Source of the DNA: Cupriavidus necator
GTDB lineage: Bacteria; Pseudomonadota; Gammaproteobacteria; Burkholderiales; Burkholderiaceae
Assembly: GCF_016127575.1 (NCBI RefSeq)
Contig: NZ_CP066019.1
Location: forward strand, 660,001-692,000
Length of the DNA stretch: 32,000 bases
Direction of reading: 5' to 3'
In this document: positions 9,742 to 17,388 of the stretch, in pieces
Layout of the letters: each line of letters begins with the position of its first letter
Position numbering within the stretch: the stretch's first letter is position 1
Made by a program: the position numbers and the translations under genes
The notes under the pieces: generated by a model
Seen by the model: only the letters and a program-made list of their open reading frames with translations
Told to the model about the DNA's origin: nothing
Database searches by the model: none

Positions 9742-9769
9742 CCCTGGCTTACCGAATGCGAGAACGATC

Positions 9770-12211
9770 ATGACCCGCCCCCATTCCTCCGGCCGCCTGG
9801 GCCGCCTTGTCGATGCCTGCGCCAGCCTGCTGATGCACCGGCGCCGCCTGCTGCTGGTGCTGTGCCTGGCCGTGACCGTGGCGCTGGGCGCCTCGGCCAC
9901 GCGGCTGCGGCTCGATCCCGGCTTCAACAAGATGATCCCGCTGCAGCACCCGTTCATGCAGGTGTTCACCAAGTACGCGAGCACCTTTTCCGGTGCCAAT
10001 ACGGTGCTGCTGAGCCTGCGCTGGAAGGGCGACGGCGATATCTACAACGCGGCCTTCATGGACAAGCTGCGCCGCGCCACCGATGACGTGTTCTTCATCC
10101 CCGGCGTGGACCGCTCGCGCGTGTTCTCGCTGTTCACGCCCAATGTGCGCTACACCGAGGTGACGGAGGCGGGCTTTCGCGGCGACGTGGTGGTGCCGGG
10201 GCGCTTCTCCGGCACGCCGGCCGAGCTCGACAAGGTGCGCCGCAACGTGGCGCGCTCCGGCCAGATCGGCCGCCTGGTCAGCAACGACCTGAGGTCCGCG
10301 CTGATCCGCGCGGAATTGCGCGAGACCGATCCGGCCACCGGCAAGACCATCGACTACGGTTCGGTCGCGCGCCAGCTGGAGAAGATCCGCGGGGACTTCA
10401 GCGGCACCGACGTCGAGGTCAATATCGTCGGCTTTGCCAAGCTGGTGGGCGATGTGGAAGAGGGCATCGCCGGCGTGATGGGCTTCTTCGCGCTGGCCTT
10501 CGCCGTGACCGCGCTGCTGCTGTGGCTGTACACGCGCTCGCTGCGTATCACGCTGCTGTCGCTGGCGGTGGCGCTGCTGCCCGTGGCCTGGCTGCTGGGC
10601 CTGCTGCCGCTGCTGGGCTACGGCATCGATCCGATGTCGATCCTGGTGCCGTTCCTGATCTTTTCGATCGGGGTCTCGCACGCGGTGCAGATGACCAATG
10701 CCTGGAAGCAAGAGGTGGTGCAGGGACATGGTGCGCTGGACAGCGCCAGCGCGGCCTTCCGCAAGCTGTTCATCCCCGGCACGGTCGCGCTGCTGACCAA
10801 CGCGCTCGGGTTCATGGTCATCATGCGCATCGAGATCGACATCGTGCGCGAGCTTGGCATCACCGCCTGCCTGGGCGTGCTGCTGATGATCGTGACCAAC
10901 AAGGTGTTCCTGCCGATCCTGCTGTCGTACACGCGGCTGGAGCCGTCGGCGCTGGCATCGGCGCAGGCCCGGCGCGCGCACGGAACCGGCGGGCTGTGGC
11001 AGAAGTTCGGCGCGCTGGCGCGTCCGGGCCCGGCGCTGGGCGTGTTCGTTGCCGCGCTCGCGTTGCTGGCGGCCGGCGCCATCGATTCGCGCGGCCTCAA
11101 GATTGGCGATGTCGGCAGCGGCGCACCGGAACTGCGCGCGGATTCGCGCTACAACCGCGACAGCGCCAGCATCGTGAGCCAGTACAACATCGGCTCGGAT
11201 GCGCTGACCGTGGTGGTGGAACCCACCGGCTTCGACGACGGCTGCCTGCACTACCCGGTGATGAGTGCGGTGGAACGCTTCGAGATGCATATGCGCGGCG
11301 TGTCCGGCGTGCAGTCGGTGGTGAGCGTGTCGTCGCTGGCCAAGGTGGTGATCGGCGCCTACAACGAGGGCAACCCGCGCTGGGAGGCGCTGCCGCGCAG
11401 CAGCGAGGGCCTGAGCCAGGGCGCCAAGGCCTTCGACCCGGACAACGGCATGAATACCTCGAACTGCCAGGCCATCCAGGTGCTGATCTACACCGCCAAC
11501 CATGAGGGCGCCACCATCGCCCACATCATCCGCGAGATCCGCCGCTTCACCGCCGCCGACAAGACCCCCAACGTGGCGTTCCGCCTGGGCGGGGGCAATA
11601 TCGGCGTGATGGCGGCCACCAATGAGGCCGTGGAAGAAGCCGAAGTGACCATGCTGCTGTCGATCTTCGGTGCGATCACGCTGCTATGCCTGCTGACGTT
11701 CCGCTCGTGGCGCGCGGTGCTGTGCATCATCGTGCCGCTGACGCTGGTGTCGGTGCTGTGCAATGCGCTGATGGCGCGGCTTGGCATCGGGCTGAAGGTG
11801 TCGACGCTGCCGGTCATCACGCTGGGCGTGGGCGTCGGCGTGGACTACGGCATCTACCTGTATGAGCGCATCCAGCACCAGATCCGCGAGGAAGGGCAGG
11901 CCCTGCCGCAGGCCTTTGCCGAGGCCATGCGCCAGCGCGGTTCGGCGGCGCTGTTCACGGCGCTGACGATGTGCATCGGGGTGGGCACCTGGGCCTTTGC
12001 CGCGCTCAAGTTCCAGGCCGACATGGGTATCCTGCTGGCCTTCATGTTCCTGGTGAACCTGTTCGGCGCGGTGTCGCTGCTGCCGGCGCTGGCTGCGTGG
12101 CTGGGGGTGGAGGAAGAAGAGCGTGCGCGCGTGGCCGCCGGTGGTGCCGGTGGCGCCGCGCGCGGCGAGACGGTGCCGCCGGCGCACGCCCTGAAATCCG
12201 ACGCGGTGTAA
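9770..12211 (+). CDS. RND-superfamily (MMPL/HpnN-like) inner-membrane transporter, 813 aa
   Basis: N-terminal TM segment, then two repeats of a large soluble loop followed by a hydrophobic TM bundle. This size and layout are typical of the 'exporter of the RND superfamily' proteins usually found next to Ycf48-like propellers. Confidence 0.85.
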   Translation: MTRPHSSGRLGRLVDACASLLMHRRRLLLVLCLAVTVALGASATRLRLDPGFNKMIPLQHPFMQVFTKYASTFSGANTVLLSLRWKGDGDIYNAAFMDKLRRATDDVFFIPGVDRSRVFSLFTPNVRYTEVTEAGFRGDVVVPGRFSGTPAELDKVRRNVARSGQIGRLVSNDLRSALIRAELRETDPATGKTIDYGSVARQLEKIRGDFSGTDVEVNIVGFAKLVGDVEEGIAGVMGFFALAFAVTALLLWLYTRSLRITLLSLAVALLPVAWLLGLLPLLGYGIDPMSILVPFLIFSIGVSHAVQMTNAWKQEVVQGHGALDSASAAFRKLFIPGTVALLTNALGFMVIMRIEIDIVRELGITACLGVLLMIVTNKVFLPILLSYTRLEPSALASAQARRAHGTGGLWQKFGALARPGPALGVFVAALALLAAGAIDSRGLKIGDVGSGAPELRADSRYNRDSASIVSQYNIGSDALTVVVEPTGFDDGCLHYPVMSAVERFEMHMRGVSGVQSVVSVSSLAKVVIGAYNEGNPRWEALPRSSEGLSQGAKAFDPDNGMNTSNCQAIQVLIYTANHEGATIAHIIREIRRFTAADKTPNVAFRLGGGNIGVMAATNEAVEEAEVTMLLSIFGAITLLCLLTFRSWRAVLCIIVPLTLVSVLCNALMARLGIGLKVSTLPVITLGVGVGVDYGIYLYERIQHQIREEGQALPQAFAEAMRQRGSAALFTALTMCIGVGTWAFAALKFQADMGILLAFMFLVNLFGAVSLLPALAAWLGVEEEERARVAAGGAGGAARGETVPPAHALKSDAV

Positions 12212-12234
12212 GGCCGATGACCCGGAGAGACAGC

Positions 12235-13476
12235 ATGCACGATCACCAGGCTTACGCGGCGGCGGCATTCACACCGGTCCGCATCGGCCCGCTCACGCTG
12301 CGCAATCGCATTATCAAGGCCGGCGCCAACGAGGGCATGACGCCGCAGGGCCTGCCGACCGAGGCGCTGGTCAGGCACCACCGCGAGCTTGCCGCGGGCG
12401 GCGTGGGCATGACCACGGTGGCGTATGCGGCGGTGGCCGACGACGGCCTGACTTTTTCGCACCAGCTCAGTATGCGCCCGGAGCAGGTTGCGCACCTGCG
12501 CGTGCTGACCGATGCCGTGCATCGCGAAGGCGCGGCGGCCTGCCTGCAGATCACCCATGCGGGCTCGTTCACCACCATGCGCCATGGCGGCAGCCGCGCG
12601 CCGGGCAGTGCTTCATCCGGACTCAATGCCTTTGGCATGCTGCATGGCGTGTATTTCCAGCGTGCCATGCGCGAGGCGGACATGGCGCGCGTTGCCGGCC
12701 AGTTTGCCGCCGCGGCGCGGCTGGCGCGCGAAGCCGGCTTCGACGCGGTGGAAATCCACATGGGGCACGGCTACCTGCTCAACCAGTTCCTGTCGCCACT
12801 GAGCAACCGTCGGCGCGATGCGTTCGGCGGCAGCGTGGAGAACCGCACCCGCTTTCCGGCCGCGGTACTGCGCCAGGTGAAGGACGCGGTCGGCGCCGAG
12901 CTGGCGGTCTGCTGCAAGCTGAGCGTCAGCGACGGCGTGCCGGGCGGCAACGAACCCGCGGATTCCGCCGTGAGCGCGCGCCTGCTGGAGGCGGAAGGCG
13001 CCGACCTGCTGACCCTCAGCGGCGGGCGCAACGTCGAGAGCCCGTGGGCGCTGTTCGGCAGCCCCATGCCCACGGCGCAGATGAAGGCCGCCGCACCGAC
13101 CGCGGTGGCGCGCTTCGGCATCACCATGCTGGAGAAGCGCACGCCGCGCGCGCTGGCCTTTCGCGAGCTGTACTTCCTGGAGGCGTCGCGCGTGGTGCGG
13201 CGGGCGGTGCGCATGCCGCTGGCCTATATCGGCGGCGTCAAGTCGATCGGCAATGTCGCGCAGCTGATGGAAGAGGGCTTCGACTGCATCGCGCTGGCGC
13301 GCGCGCTGATCCACGATCCCGCACTGGTCGCCAACTGGCGCAGCGGCGCGGTGGCGCATTCGGCCTGTGACAGCTGCAATGGCTGCGTGGCGCGGATCTA
13401 CGATCCGGCCGGTGTCAGTTGCGTGCATGGCCCGGGCAATGACCCGGCGCTGACGAAGATTGCCGCGCTGCAGTAG
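12235..13476 (+). CDS. NADH:flavin oxidoreductase, Old Yellow Enzyme family, with C-terminal Cys cluster, 413 aa
   Basis: GGAGA SD 6 nt before ATG 12235. IRIGPLTLRNRIIKAGANEGM, QITHAGS, HMGHGYLLNQFLSPLSNRRRDAFGGSVENRTRF. C-terminal CDSCNGC-x11-C at 13366-13422. Confidence 0.88.
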   Translation: MHDHQAYAAAAFTPVRIGPLTLRNRIIKAGANEGMTPQGLPTEALVRHHRELAAGGVGMTTVAYAAVADDGLTFSHQLSMRPEQVAHLRVLTDAVHREGAAACLQITHAGSFTTMRHGGSRAPGSASSGLNAFGMLHGVYFQRAMREADMARVAGQFAAAARLAREAGFDAVEIHMGHGYLLNQFLSPLSNRRRDAFGGSVENRTRFPAAVLRQVKDAVGAELAVCCKLSVSDGVPGGNEPADSAVSARLLEAEGADLLTLSGGRNVESPWALFGSPMPTAQMKAAAPTAVARFGITMLEKRTPRALAFRELYFLEASRVVRRAVRMPLAYIGGVKSIGNVAQLMEEGFDCIALARALIHDPALVANWRSGAVAHSACDSCNGCVARIYDPAGVSCVHGPGNDPALTKIAALQ

Positions 13477-13551
13477 TCCGATGGGACGATGAGCCGCCGG
13501 CCAGACGCTCTTATCTTGAAGGTCCCACGGGAATTCAAGGAGACAGACGCC

Positions 13552-14652
13552 ATGACCGCTGACGGCAACCAGACTGGCTACAAGACCGGCTACAAGATCG
13601 AATCACGCCCGCTCGAGGCCCGCTACGCGCGCGGCTGGCATTGCCTCGGCCTGGCCGATGGCTACCGCGACGGCGTGCCGCACACGCTGAATATCTTCGG
13701 CCGGCGCCTGGCGGCGTTTGCCGACTCGACCGGCGCGATTCGCGTGATCGACGGCTACTGTCCGCACATGGGCGCAGACCTGAGCACCGGCACCGTGCAG
13801 GGCGACAACCTGGTCTGCCCGTTCCACGGCTGGCAGTGGGGCGGCGACGGCGGCTGCAAGTCCATTCCCTACTGCAAGCGGGTGCCGCCCAAGGCCCGCG
13901 TCGGCGCCTGGGAGACCTGCGAGCAGAACCACCTGCTCTTCATCTGGCACGATCCCGAAGGCCGCCCGGCACCCCTCGAGGTGGCGATTCCGCGCATCGA
14001 TGCCTGCTTCTCTTCGGATTGGTCGGACTGGGCCATCGACGAGATGCTGATCCGCACCAATTGCCGCGAGCTGGTCGACAATATCTCCGACATGGCGCAT
14101 TTCGGCACGGTCCATGGCGCGCCGGTGGACTATTTTGCCAACCTGTTCGAAGACCACAAGGCCACGCAGCTGATGATCGGGCGCAGTGCCCGGCTCTCGG
14201 GCGATGCGCAGCTGACGGCGCTGTCCACGTACTTCGGGCCCGCATACCACATCACCGAGATGATCGGACAGATGGGCGACCAGCAGATCCACTCGATCCT
14301 GCTCAACTGCCATGTGCCGATCGACCTCAACAGCTTCGCGCTGCGCTACGGCGTGTTGGTGAAGAAGATCCCGGGGCTGTCCGAGGAACAGAACCGTGCC
14401 ATGGCGCAAGCCTATGTGGAGCAGGCCAAACAGGCCTTCTACGAGGACGTGGCGATCTGGGACAGCAAGATCCGCATCGACAACCCGTTGCTGTGCGAAG
14501 GCGACGGGCCCCTCTACCAGATGCGTGACTGGTACCAGCAGTTCTACACCGACGTGGAGCAGGTGCGGCCGTCCAGCGTGGCACGGCGCATCTTTGAGCT
14601 GAACCCGGGCAATATCGAACCGCCGGCGCTGCGGCATGTGTTCGAGGCCTGA
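13552..14652 (+). CDS. Rieske [2Fe-2S] non-heme-iron oxygenase, KshA-like (3-ketosteroid 9alpha-hydroxylase oxygenase family), 366 aa
   Basis: AAGGAGA SD. Rieske motif CPHMGADLSTGTVQGDNLVCPFH (C-x-H-x16-C-x2-H, from nt 13759). RGWHCLGLA and WQWGGDGGCKSIPY resemble KshA. Mononuclear iron motif DNISDMAHFGTVH. Confidence 0.87.
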   Translation: MTADGNQTGYKTGYKIESRPLEARYARGWHCLGLADGYRDGVPHTLNIFGRRLAAFADSTGAIRVIDGYCPHMGADLSTGTVQGDNLVCPFHGWQWGGDGGCKSIPYCKRVPPKARVGAWETCEQNHLLFIWHDPEGRPAPLEVAIPRIDACFSSDWSDWAIDEMLIRTNCRELVDNISDMAHFGTVHGAPVDYFANLFEDHKATQLMIGRSARLSGDAQLTALSTYFGPAYHITEMIGQMGDQQIHSILLNCHVPIDLNSFALRYGVLVKKIPGLSEEQNRAMAQAYVEQAKQAFYEDVAIWDSKIRIDNPLLCEGDGPLYQMRDWYQQFYTDVEQVRPSSVARRIFELNPGNIEPPALRHVFEA

Positions 14653-15470
14653 TGGCAACCTCCACGGAACCTCGCACCATGAAAACCGTCGTCATTACCG
14701 GAGCCGCGTCCGGTATGGGCGCGGCCGTGCGCCAGCGCATGCTCGCCGACGGCTGCCGGGTCATCGGCATCGACCTGCGCGATGCCGACATCGTTGCCGA
14801 CCTGTCCAGCCCGCAGGGCCGCGCTGCCGCGATCGACGCCGTACTGTCGCGGTCAGGCGGCCGCATCGACCGGCTGGTCTGCTGCGCCGGCCTGGGCCCG
14901 CATGTCGAACCCGCAACGCTGGTGGCATCGGTCAACTACTTCGGCTTGGTAGCACTGCTGGATGGCCTGTTCGAGGCGCTGCGCCAGGGCTCGGATCCGT
15001 GCGCCGTGGTGGTGTCGTCCAACTCGGCCACGCTCCAGTCCTGGGAGGGCAGCCCGCTGCGTGATGCCTACCTTGCCGGCGATGAGCCAGGCGTGTGCAC
15101 GATGGTGGCGGCCGCCGCGGCGGCGGAAGCCACCCGGGACCAGGCTGGCTATATCGCCTATGCCAGTTCCAAGCATGCGGTGGCGGCGGCCGCGCGGCAA
15201 CGTGCGGCCGCGTGGGGACAGGCCGGCGTGCGCCTCAACGTGGTCGCGCCGGGGGCGGTGGAAACGCCGCTGCTGCAGGCCGGGCTGAAGGATCCGCGCT
15301 ATGGCGATGCCATTCGCGATTTCCTGCCGCCGCTTGGGCGCCGCGCCCAGCCTGAAGAGGTGGCCGCGCTGATCGCGTTCCTGTGCGGGCCGCACGCTGC
15401 CTACATCCATGGCAACGTGGTGTTCATCGACGGCGGCCTGGATGCCGCGCAGCGACCGCTGAACTTCTGA
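14652..15470 (+). CDS. SDR closely resembling 3alpha-hydroxysteroid dehydrogenase/carbonyl reductase (Comamonas HsdA type), 272 aa (263 aa if it starts at 14679)
   Basis: From memory, alignment with C. testosteroni 3alpha-HSD/CR is striking: IGIDLRDADIVADLS, LVCCAGLGP, SVNYFG, AAAWGQAGVRLNVVAPGAVETPLLQAGLKDPRYG, PPLGRRAQPEEVAALIAFL, IDGGLDA. TGATG overlap with the Rieske gene. ATG 14679 (MKTVVITG) is the alternative start. Confidence 0.88.
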   Translation: MATSTEPRTMKTVVITGAASGMGAAVRQRMLADGCRVIGIDLRDADIVADLSSPQGRAAAIDAVLSRSGGRIDRLVCCAGLGPHVEPATLVASVNYFGLVALLDGLFEALRQGSDPCAVVVSSNSATLQSWEGSPLRDAYLAGDEPGVCTMVAAAAAAEATRDQAGYIAYASSKHAVAAAARQRAAAWGQAGVRLNVVAPGAVETPLLQAGLKDPRYGDAIRDFLPPLGRRAQPEEVAALIAFLCGPHAAYIHGNVVFIDGGLDAAQRPLNF

Positions 15471-15481
15471 TCTCCTGGCCA

Positions 15482-15525
15482 ATGGGGCATCCGCCGCGAG
15501 CCGCGGCGGATGCCCCATTTTTGTT
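15482..15525 (+). terminator. Rho-independent terminator closing the 14-gene + strand operon
   Basis: Perfect 17-bp stem ATGGGGCATCCGCCGCG / CGCGGCGGATGCCCCAT with a 3-nt loop, followed by TTTTGTT. Confidence 0.85.
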
Positions 15526-15541
15526 CGATGGCGCTCCGGAC

Positions 15542-15664
15542 TTACGTGACCATGACATCGTCCTGCATCCGGCGCTCGCGTTCGCCGGGATACAGGGCCT
15601 TCATTTCGAGGTAGAAGCACTCGGCGCAGCCCGGGTTGCAATCGGAGCGGCTGGGCTTTGCCAT
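15542..15664 (-). CDS. hypothetical 40-aa Cys-containing small protein (MAKPSRSDCNPGCAECFYLEMKALYPGERERRMQDDVMVT)
   Basis: ATG to TAA. Third-codon positions are almost all G/C, like genuine host genes. It lies between two convergent terminators. No family recognised. The only SD-like element is the GGGGG of the upstream hairpin. Confidence 0.35.
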   Translation of the reverse strand: MAKPSRSDCNPGCAECFYLEMKALYPGERERRMQDDVMVT

Positions 15665-15665
15665 G

Positions 15666-15701
15666 TAAAAACCCCCAAAAGTCGTCTCCGACTTCTGGGG
15701 G
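15666..15701 (-). terminator. Rho-independent terminator downstream of the DUF1329 gene
   Basis: On the - strand: CCCCCAGAAGTCG-GAGA-CGACTTTTGGGGG (13-bp stem, one G:U) followed by TTTTTAC. Confidence 0.7.
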
Positions 15702-15770
15702 CAGTTCAGGGCGGGGAGGGGAGCGCGACCGGGCGCCAAAGGCTGCGCCCGGCCGGATATCACGATGGGA

Positions 15771-17150
15771 TCAGGTACCCGACCCGCGCGCGGCGTCCGG
15801 GGAGAAGAACGCCTCGTTGAATTCCGGGCTGTTGTTCAGCGTTGCCATCGGGCCTTCGTTGGTCAGGCGGTCGGCCATGTAGGCACCCGAAATCAGGTCA
15901 TGGTAGAACACCGTGGTCGGATAGTAGCGGCGTGCATCATAGGCGTACACCGAGGCCTGGAGATTGGTGCGCCACAACTGGCCCCGGCCATCGTAGTTGT
16001 CGGCCGCCAGGGCCAGCCAGCTGTCTTCGTCGAGATACAGCACGCGTTTCGCATACTGGTGCCGGAAACCGGACTTGAGCGTGGCTTCCAGTACCCATAC
16101 CCGATGCGGTTCATAGCGCATCGCGTCCGGATTGGCATGGCCATTCGTGAGCAGCTCCTTGTACTTGACGGAAGTGCTCTGCAGCTTGTAATTGTGGTAC
16201 GGGACGAAGATCTCTTTCTTGCCGACGATCTTCCAGTTGTAGCGTTCGCCCGAGCCGTTGAAGAGGCGGTCGTCGTCCACGGTGCGGAAGCCGCCGGGAC
16301 CCTGGGGCTGGTCAAAGCCGAATTCCGGCGCCTGGCGCACCCGCCGCGTGCCCGGGTTGTAGATCCACGTGCGGTTGGTGTCGGAACCCTCCTGGTCCCA
16401 GACCGCGTAGCCAACGATCACCTGGCCGCGGTCACGCAACGGCAGGTCGGTGGCGGTGCGGAAGAAGGAGCGCTCGTTGAGGGCGCTGCGCGGGTCGAAC
16501 TTGCCATTGTTGCGCGGCGACAGGATGCTGTACGAGACGCGCCCCCACGCGATCGAGCCGTTCGGATACACCACGGCCTGGTCGAACTGAGCCTTCTCGG
16601 TGCCGATGGCCGACGAGAAACGCTGGTTCCACAACAGCTCCATCGCGGTTTTCGGAATCGGGTAGGGAACCTGCGGACCCGCTTCCTTCAGGCCGTTGGC
16701 ATCGCTCGTCATGCTGACGGTGGTGGCGTAGGTGCGGATGTCCTTGTAGACCGCGTCCTCGTAGCGGAAATCGCGATGGCTTGGGTACACCGGCATCTTG
16801 AAGGTGTCGGGATACTTCTTGAACAGCGCCTTCTGCCCGTCGCTAAGCCGCTCGGCATACTGCGCCATGTTCTGCGCCGTGATGACGAACAGCGGCTTCT
16901 CATCGGCATACGGGTCCGGGTAGCGTTCGCCGCGCTGGTATTTGACATGCGCCGGCGTGCCCAGCCACTTGCCGGACCATGCCGGGACCTCGCCGTCCTT
17001 GCTGGCGGCACGCTCGGCGCCCATCGGCGTGAGGGGGCCATCCAGTTGCTTGAGCTCCTCCGGGGTGGCCTTCGCCCACGATGCCGCCGCCAGGGCCATG
17101 CTGGTGAGCAGCAGGCCACCGCGTATCAGTTGTCTTGTGCTGGATTTCAT
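15771..17150 (-). CDS. DUF1329 domain protein (periplasmic, LolA-like 'outer membrane lipoprotein-sorting' family), 459 aa
   Basis: GGAG SD. Signal peptide MKSSTRQLIRGGLLLTSMALAAASWA. The sequence (ELKQLDGPLTPMGAERAASKDGEVPAWSG...YPDTFKMPVYPSHRD...) matches my recollection of DUF1329 proteins. Confidence 0.85.
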   Translation of the reverse strand: MKSSTRQLIRGGLLLTSMALAAASWAKATPEELKQLDGPLTPMGAERAASKDGEVPAWSGKWLGTPAHVKYQRGERYPDPYADEKPLFVITAQNMAQYAERLSDGQKALFKKYPDTFKMPVYPSHRDFRYEDAVYKDIRTYATTVSMTSDANGLKEAGPQVPYPIPKTAMELLWNQRFSSAIGTEKAQFDQAVVYPNGSIAWGRVSYSILSPRNNGKFDPRSALNERSFFRTATDLPLRDRGQVIVGYAVWDQEGSDTNRTWIYNPGTRRVRQAPEFGFDQPQGPGGFRTVDDDRLFNGSGERYNWKIVGKKEIFVPYHNYKLQSTSVKYKELLTNGHANPDAMRYEPHRVWVLEATLKSGFRHQYAKRVLYLDEDSWLALAADNYDGRGQLWRTNLQASVYAYDARRYYPTTVFYHDLISGAYMADRLTNEGPMATLNNSPEFNEAFFSPDAARGSGT

Positions 17151-17388
17151 TGAAGTCTCGCTCCTTGTAAAGAGGAATTGCCGGCGCCGGCTGTGCCTGT
17201 GCCTGTGGTGACAGCGTAGTGATGGCGCGGCGGCGGGGAATCGTTGGAACGGACTAGTGGATTTCCCTAGCGCCCGGCGTGGCGGAGGGGGCGGGGACAA
17301 TCCGGGTGGCGTGCCAGCATCCCGCGAGGATTGCGGGAGCGTACCGGGGTGGTACGGGAAGGGGGGCGGGGGTAGGGGGACTTAAACG

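Noticed and set aside
12235-14652. The idea that the OYE flavoprotein is the missing reductase (KshB substitute) for the adjacent KshA-like oxygenase.
   Set aside because: KshB-type partners are FNR-fold flavoproteins with a plant-type [2Fe-2S] ferredoxin domain. The OYE/TIM-barrel fold is a substrate ene-reductase with no precedent I know of as a Rieske-oxygenase reductase. Adjacency alone is insufficient.
17181-17208. The CCGGCGCCGG palindrome and the CTGTGC-CTGTGC-CTGTGG hexamer triplet upstream of the DUF1329 gene, considered as a tandem-repeat or operator element.
   Set aside because: It has only three imperfect 6-nt units and a 10-bp GC palindrome. At this GC content that is within chance expectation, and it has no supporting promoter context.
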